DNA of 64,000 bases, from contig CM119271.1 of NCBI GenBank assembly GCA_051294375.1, positions 12,887,039 to 12,951,038 of the forward strand. Reading direction: 5' to 3'. The notes under the pieces are model-generated. The model had not been told where the DNA came from, searched no databases, and worked only from the letters and a program-made list of their open reading frames with translations. This document shows positions 39,601 through 50,556 of this stretch, in pieces. The stretch's first letter is position 1; each line of letters opens with the position of its first letter. The DNA is from Paraspadella gotoi (taxonomy: Eukaryota; Animalia; Chaetognatha). A program made the translations under genes and the position numbers.

Positions 39601-42600
39601 CTTGGTATAAATTAGTGTTTTACATGTTTAAAATTTATATCATTTTCAACAACATATTATTTTATTATAAGCTATCATTTAATTTAATTCTCTTCAGCGG
39701 CTCTTGTAAGCTTTATTATCCGTCGAAATCATTTTAAAGGAAGGTATCATGCTGTTAATGTTCTCAGCGGCGATTAGGTTTATCTTTTATACGAAACATC
39801 CGAGTTTTACAAGTAAACATACGAGCCATTTTATGAATGTGAACCCTCGTTGGTTCCAATTCTTGAGCTCAAGCGTAAATGTGTCGAGAGAGGCCAAGGT
39901 ACCACATTTAGTTCTAACATCATTAAGATTAATATTCTTTTAACATCCCGCGCTAATATATCTCCTCAGCGAACATGTCGATTACACCTCCGAGTAAACT
40001 CATGCGATTAAACACTGGTCGCAATTACCTTACCATGGGCCACATCTTCGTTCCAGTTCTCTAAATCTTAACCCTTCAACAACACATTTCAAAATATACT
40101 AACATTCCTAAACAACCCTCCCGACGTCCACCTCACTAAGGCGTTGCTTCTTACGGCACTCTCCTCTTCCTCTCTCTCTCTCTCTCTCTCCCCATCCTCT
40201 CTCGGTCTCTCTCTCTCTCATCTCTCCTCTCTCTTCCACTTCGTTAATTCCTCTAATTCCAAATTTCTCCCACGATTTTTCCAATTCTTTTTTTTTTTTT
40301 TGTTTCTCCGAATTTTATGTTTTGATTTGAATTTTTTCCCGCTTCGTCTCCTTTTGCCTTCTGGTCGTCACTGACCTGTCTCGCTGTTTCTAAAACACTC
40401 TCTCACCATGCTTGCACCAATGTCTCTACCTGTCTTCCAATGGTAAATCGATCGGACGATTTAAAATCCCGTTCATCATTCTTACTCTGTCCTTAAATTA
40501 AGATCAATAATAATTCATGCAAAATGGTTTTAAAATACTTTTACCTCTGCCCGATATCAAGACCGATCACTAGTTTCAGACACCGGCCTCAATCCACCAG
40601 TTCTTTGTTTTGGGGTTTTGGTTTTTTTTTTTTGGTGTTTTTCTCAAGACCAAATTTTTCGACAACCGCCGTAAATTCGTCTTTAGTTTTTGACAACACG
40701 TATCTCAATGTTATGTCATGATTTTTTCGACACCACTGCTCAAATACTTTTCTTTATTACGTAATCGACCATCCCGGCCGTACTCACGATCTTTTGTTTT
40801 GTTTTGTTTTATTTCTGTTTTTTTTGTTTTTATTAAACTGTTTTTATTTACTCAATTACTAATTTTCAACTCGAAATCCACGATCTTGTTTTTTTTTATT
40901 ACAACCCGGCATCGACCAATTTAGTTTTTAAAATGTTCCGTACGGACCGTCTTTTTTTTTGACACCGCCTCAGGCTCAACTCTCAATCTAGCCTTTTTAA
41001 CAATATTCAGACAAGACAAACCGCTTTCATAATATTTAAAAACAAAAATCTATTTTCAGCTTTTTTAGGCCAAAACAAAGTTGAAAACCCAGTTTCTGTT
41101 TCTCACATTTCTTTCCTTGTCATTCAGGTCTTTCGTGTTCAATTTACATTTCGCTTTATATTAATTGTTTCTCATAAAGTCCGTTCGTGGGGTCTCTCTT
41201 CCTCCTCCTCTCCTCTCTCTCATCCCGCGAATCTCTCTCTCTCTCTCTCTCGTCCCTCCTCTCTCCGATCTCGTTCTCTCTCTCTCTCTCTTTCTCCTAG
41301 CCCAAATATTTTTCGCGACAAAATATTTGCTACCGTTTTTATTCTTCTCCGCCGGAATTTTTCTCTAATTCTCTTTCCCTTTCTTTCTCCTTTCTATAGA
41401 CAATTTTCTTTTTATTTCTTTTGTTTATCCCGATTTCGTTTTAATTTTCTTGTTTTTTTTTAATTTTATTATCTAGTTTAATTCAAATTAAATATTTTTT
41501 CTATTTTCGTTTCTCTTCATCTCAAATTTGCTAATTAAATTTCGTCTATCACCGAAATAACGCGATTATATTAAATTTATATTAGTCCTAATTTTTTTTT
41601 CCATTTCTTATTCGTTTTAAAATTTGAGATATGTTTAGGTAAGTTTTTAAAAAATTTGGTTTCTTCACAACAGAGATTTTACAATGAAATAAATCGCAGA
41701 CAAAGGCTTCGGTCTTAGGTTTGCAGATTCTTCTCGCGTTGTGAATTAAATTACCAACGGTTAAAAATACCGTGATGCTAACGATTCACGTTATTAATTC
41801 ACACTGGTGAAGGTCTGAAATAAGACCGAAAAAAGTCATTTTTTTTTGTCATTGAAAAAATTTAAAAAATCTCAAATAAATTTATGTGAAACCAGAAAAC
41901 AAGCAAGCTATTTTCCTCGTTTTTTCCTCTCCAATTTATTTTCAATCCAAACGACAGTTTCAATTGTTTACCCCATCGTGCCCTCCTCCTCCCCTCCTCC
42001 TCTTCCTCTCTGTTTACTCTTCCCGCCTTTCAGCTTCCTTACCCGATTAGATTCTTAACTCACCTCCTCTTCTTCTCTTTCCTTCCTTGTTTCCCTTGTT
42101 TTTTTCCCTCAGGTCAATTGGATTCCGTTTTTGGAGATTCCATTGTGTCGTGTCGGTCGGTTCTCATCTCTCTCTCTTCTCACTCTCTCTCTCTCTCTCT
42201 CTCTCATCTCNNNNNNNNNNNNNNNNNNNNNNNNNTCTAATCAATTTGTAATCTAATTTAAATCTAATCTAAATATCATCCAATTTTTCAATGTCGCCTG
42301 ACCAGATTTCAAGGCTCGCCCGGTCAAAGTTGAAAGGGAACGTAGTGAGATGTTTATGAGAACTTTACGCCATCTTTGTGAGATATTTATGTAACATTTG
42401 TGAGATCTTTATGAGGCCAAAACAAATCTCATATAATCTTCTTATTTTCTTTTTTTTTAAAAAGGGGGAAATATTTATTACTTGTTTTTCTTTGTTTGGA
42501 GTTTTTTTTTCTGTTTTAACGTGTGTTGGGATTTTTTTTCCTATCGGGCATAAATTAGAGTTTTTTTTTCGCTGTAAGGATTGACTGATTGATTTATCAT

Positions 42601-45600
42601 GGTTAAATTGTGAATATGCAATCATTGGTTTGCGAATAAGCTGTAAAAAATTCAAGATTACTAGCTTTACTTTATCAGACTAAATTAAACTAAATTTTAA
42701 AACTAATATAAAAGTTTAAGAAATTTTACAAAAGTATCAAATTTAATTATCATTCAATTTATGTTATGTTCTTATTCATTTATATGATTAAACTATTGTA
42801 CCGATTTGAAACATTAAAGTAACGGTATTGCCATAGAAAACAAATACTATAGAAATAACTTTACGCTTATCCATCTTGTGAGATTATTTTATGAGTAAAC
42901 ATTTGTGGATCTTATGAGGCCAAAACAAATCTCTATAATCTTCTTATTTTCTTTTTTAAAAGGGGGAAATTTAATACTATGTTTTCTTTGTATTGGAGTT
43001 TTTTCTTTCTGTTTTTAACGTGGTTTTGGGATTTTTTTTTCCTATCGGGTCATCAGAGAGAGTTTTTTTTCGCTGCGTCAGAGGATTGACTGATCTTGAG
43101 ACTTATTACGGCTTTACAATTGAGAGTGAAAATGCAAATCATTAGGCTTCTGCGATAAGTCACTGTAAAAATTCAGATTTACTAGCTTTTAGGAAGCCTG
43201 CTATACGACAAAAAGACTAGCAGTGGATCATTTTGTCTTATATTTTTATATATACTTATAATATATTTCATATATTTGTTAGAATCCTGCAAATTATTGA
43301 GGCCTTTTTAAGTGCGGAACACCTCACCCAACCTTGTGGTATGAAACTTCGTTTATGGAAATAAACCCAATCAAAATACCCACCTCGCCAACTTTATTTC
43401 AACCATATTCATCGTGCGCCCTGTGTAAAGGGACCCAGTGATAAATGCGAGAACTCGTGTAATAAGGTATACCATAAAGCTTAAGGGTTAATCATCAATA
43501 GAAAGCAAAAAAGAAGAGACTTTTGGGAAGTCTCATAGATGTGACGAATGGTGGAGAGAAAACAATGTTGAAGCTGGTGATAGTCATTAAATTTTTCTTC
43601 TTAGCTACGGTAAAGTGGCAAAAAATATACTCGCTATTCGGTCTTAAGGTAGCGAAACTCAAAAATTCAAGCGTACTTTATTAGAGACAAAAAGAGATTT
43701 ATGGTTCGAGACCATGAATATATTATATAATCCATTATTTTATGTTTTGCATTAGAGAAAATATTTTTTATTAATTTATTTTTTATTTTTTACTGTAAAG
43801 CAGTATAATTTTAGGTTTAAGCCTCAATTGGAACCAAGCTTTACAAAACTAATATTTTTTTTATTTTTATATTTACTTAAAAGGCAGACAAATCTAACCT
43901 AAATTCTATTCTTACAGAACAAAACTGTAATAATTATTAATTACATTATTCATATTCATCCCTTAAATGTATAATTAAACTATATTGATTCCTAATTATA
44001 ATCAATTAAAAATTTAGCAAAAGTACAGAATCTTTTCTTCTTTTTATATTTATATTATTTTAAATAGTTTTATTTTCAATCCAATTAACAGATCATTTGA
44101 AAGAAAGTTTTAATAAAAAATCAGTCGATACCTTAAATTTTGATCATTCCTAGTTTTTTTTCTTATAAATTTTGTAATAAAGCTGAAAATCTTTTTAAAA
44201 TTAGATCTTACTCTTTTTTGGAAAAAAAATTTTTAAACTTGAAAAGATCTTCTTCTTACACGATTTTTAAAGAAAAATTAAGCTCGCTGATGATTTATCG
44301 AATTTTTTAAACTACTTTCCAAATGATTATAGAAGAAAAAATTATATATCAGAACCAGCTAGAATTAAAAGGGTCAAACGTTATGTTTAAGCTTTTACCC
44401 CCGCTGTTCACTTGGTCCCTTCAATTTCGCCGATTTTGACTTCCTCTTACAAACTTATAATTCCGCTAGTTAATTTTTTTCTTAAACGAGCGAAGGGGAA
44501 TCACAACTTTCTGTTATTTATATGATTCTGGGTAACAAAATATAATAAATTAATAAATTAATATATTAAATTAATTGGGAATATTATGAAAAGAGTGTAA
44601 TATCTTATGAAGCTGTGAGAGTTATAATAATTAAAAAATTCGCTTATTTCATTATTGAAAATAACATCAAAGTGAAGAGAAGTTGAATGGCTTCCGGCTC
44701 CTTTCAGTAAACATCCCTGTTCTCTTCAATAAGATAATGTTTTACTTTTTTGGTTGGAAAAGAAGGATAAATACTAGGCTGTGATGGGCAATAATATTTT
44801 GTGAATTTTGTAAGCCTGCTTGTAAAATCAGACAAGCACATATTTAAGTGACAAAAAATCAAATTTTTTTTATCCAAAAAACTTTAAAGTTTTACTTGAG
44901 TCAATTTAGCCTTTTTTCTTTCAGAATCATTAAAAAGAATTAATTTTCATTTTTTTCTTATGGCGTGTCCCATTAGTTTTAAAATTCATTATATTATGAC
45001 TTAGTTTGAACTCACCCTGTAAGAGGTTTCAGCATAGAGTAATTCTATAAATTGTATCTTGTTATTGTGCCCTATGATTATGGCTTCATTTTGGTACTAT
45101 TGCCATCCTTGTCTTCATTCCTTCAAAAGATATTAGGAAAAAATCAGTTTTTCTCTCAACCTTCTTTTAATTTCTTATTAAATAAAATTTACGATTCACA
45201 ACCGGACTATTTCATTTAAACTATCATTTTGTATGTCAAAATCATTAATAACAATGAAAAAAAGGAAAAATAGGAAAAGATCTCTTCAGACACAAAGCTA
45301 TCAGAATCGCGAAATTCTTAGTCGCTCATGGTAACAGGAACATATAGCTATCCCGTTTGAATTTTAAGCTTTTGTAACTTTCCCTTTCATTTCTATAGTA
45401 AAAATGAGCTTTGATAAATCTCGGAGATGTGTACGTGCATTTCCCCCTGGACTTGTTTTGATATTAAATCCTTATACAAATGCCATTAAAACGAATGGAC
45501 AAGTCTCAGAATGTAACAGCTGCTCGAATCTTGCGTTTTACAAAGTGTTTTTCTTGTAAGGCCGGAATTTCTGCCAAATCGCGTGGCAACTGTAATCAGA

Positions 45601-46811
45601 TTTGAAACGAAATTGTCTATCTAGAAATTTTGAATTTTCTTTTAAGCCGAGATTCTCGTCCGTATAGCTTTACTTTATCAACTAAATTAAACTAATTTTA
45701 AAACTAATATACAAAGTATAAGAAATTTTACAAAAAGTATCAACTACTAATTATCATTCAAATTTAGTTATCTCTTATTCATCTAAGTAACGGTATTGCC
45801 ATAGAAAACAATATATATAGAAATATTTGACTCCCCGAAAAAAAGACTTTAAAGCAACCGCACCTGTAATTCCGATCGCCCCGACCCAATTTTCTTTTCC
45901 CTTTTCAAAAAAAAAAAAAAAAAAAAAAAAGAAAAAAAAAAGANNNNNNNNNNNNNNNNNNNNNNNNNAAAAAAAAGATCTCATTTCGATTATTTCGTGA
46001 TTTTCTCTAAATGACGTCGAAAGTGAAGAATTTATTGGACGCCCGTCTCCTTGGAGATCGAATCAAACAAATATGTCGGCGCGGATCGAAAAAACCATAA
46101 TTCTTTTCCAATTCGATCGTAAAAAAAAAGGAGAAAATTTACTTTTTTTATTGTCTCTCTCTCTCTCTGTCTCTGTCTCTCTCCATTTCTTAATTTTCTC
46201 TCTCTCTCTCACTCTTTCTCATCTCTACCTCACAACGGGCTTATCCTTTATCTCACCACGATTTTTTTTTTCTAAAAGGAAAATGATAATTTGTTACAAT
46301 TACAAACAGTATTATTATTATTATTTCCCGACGATTTAATGTAGGAAGTTACAAAACATACAACCTCAGTATGTAAGTACATAGTTTAAAAATTCCATCG
46401 CTTAACCATCTTTGCAAATTCATACTCGGCTCTCCGTTCCTACGAAATCATTAAAACACATCCTTCTGTTTTGACGACGTCTCTCTTATCTTTCTTTTTT
46501 TTATTCACTTCGTTAATTCTCTATTCCTTTTCCTCACGATTTTTCCTTTCTTTTTGTTTCTCCGTTTTTATGTTTTGATTTGATTTTTTTCCCCTTCGTC
46601 TCCTTTTTCCTTCTGTCGTCACTGACTCTGTCTCGCTCTTTCTACACTCTCTTCACCATGCTTGCACCATGTCTCTACCATGTCTCCAATGGTAAAAATC
46701 GGACGATTTAAATCCCGTTCACATTCTTACTCTGTCCTTAATTAAGATCAATATATTCATGCAAATGTTTAAATACTTTTACTCTGCCCGATTATCAAGA
46801 CCGATCCTGTT

Positions 46812-47170
46812 TCAGACACCGCCTCAATCACAGTCTTTGTTTTGTTTTGTTTTGTTTTTTTTCAAGACCCAAATTTTTCGACACCGCCTTAAGTTCCGTC
46901 TTTAGTTTTTGACAACTCCTCATGTTCTGTCATGATTTTTTTCGACACCGCCTCAAATACTTTCTTTATACGTAATCGACACCGCCTCAACTCACGATCT
47001 TTTGTTTTGTTTCGTTTTGTTTTATTAACTGTTTTTATTTACTCAATTACTAATTTTCAAACTCGGAAATCCACGATTCTTGTTTTTTTTTATTACACCG
47101 CATCGACCAATTTAGTTTTTAAAATGTCCCGCTACGACCGTCTTATTTTTTTTTGACACCGCCTCAGGCT
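46812..47170. repeat. Cluster of GACACCGCCTCA motifs separated by non-repeating T-rich spacers
   Basis: Motif or close variant at ~46815, 46880, 46910, 46944, 46978, 47095 and 47155. Confidence 0.55.
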
Positions 47171-47387
47171 CAACTCTCATCTGCTTTTAACAAATATTCA
47201 CCACAGACAAACCGCTTTCATACATATTTTTTAAAAAAATCTATTTCACTTTTTTAGCCAAAAACAAAGTTGAAAACACGTTTCTGTTCCTCACATTTCT
47301 TTCCTTGTCATTCAGGGTCTTTCGTGTTCAAACATTTCCTTTATTATTGTTTCTCATAAAGTCCGTTCGTGGGGTCTCTCTCTCTCT

Positions 47388-47427
<40 letters not shown>

Positions 47428-48302
47428 AGCCCAAATATTTTTCGCGACAAAATATTTGCTCGTTTTTATTCTCCGCCGGAATTTTCTCTAATTCCTTCCT
47501 TTCTCTTTCTATAGACATTTTCTTTTATTTCTTTTGTTTATCCGATTCGTTTTAATTTTCTTTTTTTTTAATTATTATTATTCCTAGTTAATTCAATTAA
47601 ATATTTTTTATTTTCGTTTCTCTTCATTCAATTTGCTAATTAAATTCGTCTAATCAACCGAAATAACGCGAATTATATAAATTTATATTAGTCTATTTTT
47701 TCCATTTCTTATTCGTTTAAAATTTGAGATATGTATAGGTAAAGTTTTTAATTGTTTTCACAACAGAATTTTACAATGAAATAAATCGCAGACAGGCTTC
47801 GGTCTTAGTTTCAGATCTTCTCCGTTGTGAATTAATTACAAACGTTAAAAACCGTTGATGCTAACGATTCACGTTATTAATTCACACTGGTGAAGGTCTG
47901 AAATTAAGACCGAAAAAAGTCATTTTTTTTGTCATTGAAAAAATTTAAAAATCTCAAATAAATTTATGTGAAAACCGAAACCAACACCTTTTTCTCGTTT
48001 TCTCCAATTTATTTTCATCCAAAGCGACAGTTTCATTGTTTAGGCCCTCTGCGCGCGTCCTCTCCTCCTCTTCCTCCTATCCTCCTCCTCCTCTCCTCTC
48101 TGTTTACTCCTTCCGACTTTCCTCATTCCTTCCTTACCGATTAGATTCTTAACTCACCTCCTCTTCTTCTTCTTTCCTTCTTTTCCTTGTTTGTCTCGTC
48201 AATTGATTCCGTTTGGATTCCATTGTGTCGGTCGGTCGGTCTCTCTCTTCTCTCTCTCTTCTCTCGTCCTCTCTTTCTCTCTTCTCTCTCTCTCTCCTCT
48301 TC

Positions 48303-48342
<40 letters not shown>

Positions 48343-48405
48343 ATTCCTTCGATATAGTCGTCGAAGGATTGTCACTTATTCCACTTGGTTTCCCTAATAA
48401 CTCCG

Positions 48406-48987
48406 TCACAATGCCTCACATTCACAATGAGTTTCACAGACGCGACTCACGCGACTCACGCCGTCACTACTGCCATCATAGACGTCTTTGTTGTCGTCTT
48501 CGTCGTCGTCGTCATCATTGTCGTTGATGCCTTTGTTTCCCTCGTCTTCTTTGTCGTCCTTATCGTTTTTGTCGTTGTCTTTATCGTCCACGTCGTCGTC
48601 TTCGCCGTCGTCTTCGTCATCATGTTCATCGTTATCTTCGTCGTCATCTTCGTCGTTGTCTTCGTTGTCATCTTCATCTTCTTCGTCGTCATCTTTGTCG
48701 TCATCTTCGTCTTCATCTTCTTCGTCGTCATCTTCGTCGTCATCTTCGCCGTCGTCTTCGTCGTCATCTTTATCTTCCTCTTCGTCGTCGTCATCTTCAT
48801 CTTCTTCTTCGTCATCGTCGTCATCCTCGTCTTCATCTGCAGACCGCATTGTTGTTATTCAGAAATTGGCCCCGAGAGGTTTTGTATTGACGCCGCTAGA
48901 TGGCGTCGAGATGGAAACGCGCGAATTTTCCAGCGCCGGACGACGCCGTACCCCATTCCGCGCCGGTTTACCTTCGGTCGGCGCCAT
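48406..48987 (-). CDS. Possible 2-exon hyperacidic protein (~148 aa, MAPTEDEDEDDD...CETHCECEAL)
   Basis: Micro-exon 48972-48987 (ATG GCG CCG ACC GAA G|gtaaac) is phase-compatible with the acceptor tctgcag|AT GAA GAC at 48836, which opens a 431-nt stop-free Asp/Glu frame; promoter motifs lie just upstream. Could equally be a decayed (GAY)n microsatellite. Confidence 0.3.
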
Positions 48988-49015
48988 ATTTTTCCATTTA
49001 AAACGGAAGTTGGCG
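48975..49015 (-). promoter_or_regulatory. Housekeeping-type promoter motifs (ETS, YY1)
   Basis: ACGGAAGT (49003-49010) and minus-strand AAATATGGCGCC overlapping the candidate ATG, in a CpG-rich patch (48880-49030). Confidence 0.45.
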
Positions 49016-49140
49016 ACGAAGTGAGAATCGAAGCCCCAAATAATAAATAAGTAAAATGTTTGACAAATAAAGTGGTAAACATTAAACAAATCGACAAATG
49101 CGATTTTAAAAATAATTCTAATGGCGAATAAAATGGCTAA

Positions 49141-49246
49141 TGAAATAGCGAACAGAATCGTTAATTGACATCGAAATAGCGAACAGAATCGTTACTTGAC
49201 ATCGAAATAGCAAACAGAATTGTTAATTGACATCGAAATAGCGAAC
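49141..49246. repeat. 31-bp tandem repeat, ~3.4 copies
   Basis: GAAATAGCGAACAGAATCGTTAATTGACATC; single copy at the paralogous site ~56172-56212. Confidence 0.8.
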
Positions 49247-49879
49247 GAATGACAGAACAAAAAAAAAATGAACGAAACGGAAATTTTATTTTGTTAGTTG
49301 TTAGTTTAATCGTTAGTTTAATCGTCTTCCACAATTTATCATTTGTTTATCTTATTTCATTGAAAGCATGAGAACAAATATAAGAACAAATTAAGACGAC
49401 GACGACGACGACGACGAATAAATGAAAAAACAATAATATGCGTTAAAAAACAAAAGGGTCTTTGATCGTCGCTCGCAAACGACATTTGTCAAGGCGCAAA
49501 AAAAATTTCATGGATTGAAGGAGACAAACAATTTCTTTTCCTCTTTAAATTTTACTGCCTGATTCCATTTCTTATTCCATCGCCGAGTTAAATTTCTTGT
49601 TCCATGGCTTGGTTCCGTTTCTTGTTCCGTCGCCTGGTTCCATTTCTTGTTCCATCGCCCGATTTTATTTCTATGTCTACCTAATTAATTACCATAACCA
49701 CTATATATAATTATTAATTAATTAAATACAGGTAGTTGCGGGGGCAGTTATGGTTGTAGTTGTGGTGATCATTACAAGTGTTGTTGTAACTTTTATTTAT
49801 TTATATTTAATATAAAAGATAAAAAATAAAAATCGAAAAGTAAAAACGAGATTTCATCAAACCTTGATTCGATCACAAT

Positions 49880-50300
49880 CACAGCAGATTCCGACTCTAT
49901 AATCCACTTTGTTGGTCCGTCGGTCCACCCCCCCAATCTTGTCGGGCATTCACTTAGATCATGTCAGAACATCAAGTAATGATAAATTATGCAAAAAAAA
50001 AAAAGATGTCCGTCCGTCCGTCCGTCTTCAAAACTTCAATTACTCGTGATTGGATGGATGGATTGGAATGAAATTTTGCGTGTGGGTAGGGAAGTGTGTG
50101 ATTGAGCTGGATATGAAGTTTCGATGGAATCGTGCGAGTGGAAATGAGTTTAAATAGAAAAAAAATATATATATATTTCACTACTTGAACGCTAATTACT
50201 CGAGAGTGGATGCCGGATGGGGTAATTTTCTTGATTTTTTTTATGTGGGTAGGAAAGTTTGTGATTAGGCTGGAAATTTAGTTTCGATGGGAAAAAAAAT
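49880..50300 (-). mobile_element. HINE/DINE-like family 2 copy
   Basis: ACAGCAGATTCCGACTCTATAATCCACTTTG, (GTCC)n and ATTGGAATGAAATTTTGC blocks; shared with 58949-59110 and the reverse complement of 58650-58936. Confidence 0.65.
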
Positions 50301-50556
50301 TTGAAATTTAACAATTTTATAAGGATATTATTACATAAATATTAGAATTTACTATACTGTTATGCTGAAAAGGATTTAAAATTCATTAATTACTTGTCCA
50401 TAGGCAGCAAAAAAATAATGTTCAATCACTCAATGTTTTCATCACTCCACCCAATTAGTCAGTGATTAACACTAAAATCCGATTTAATCAGGAAAAAATA
50501 TTGCATTCAAAATAAAACAAAGATGTGAAGTCTCCATTTTATATATTTTTATATCA

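Larger units (their letters stand above)
25517..47777. other. Very large inverted duplication (left arm ~25517-32730; right arm 33390-37110, 42236-42840 and 45660-47777), interrupted by low-quality sequence; probable assembly artefact
   Basis: Left arm is an insertion-rich reverse complement of the right-hand segments (e.g. 25517-25680 vs 47615-47777; 30978-31020 vs 34933-34973; 32480-32650 vs 33470-33620). Extra noisy copies at 40150-42210 and 42860-43180; 25-N gaps at 33021, 35263, 42211 and 45944. Confidence 0.8.

Noticed and set aside
37130-40140. Apparently unique sequence with short ORFs
   Set aside because: Contains faint traces of the 42.2-46 kb sequence (e.g. TTATGAGGCCCAAAACA); consistent with a very low-quality read segment.
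43200-45650. Unique AT-rich stretch
   Set aside because: Flanked by continuing noisy duplicates, with no coherent ORF or repeat; likely low-quality read sequence.
46812-47170. CRISPR-like repeat-spacer array
   Set aside because: Repeats are only ~12 bp, spacers are irregular and low-complexity, the context is eukaryotic and there are no cas genes.
48385-49050. Plus-strand poly-Val/Ile/Phe and poly-Ser ORFs
   Set aside because: Antisense readings of the same triplet tract, with no supporting start or splice context.
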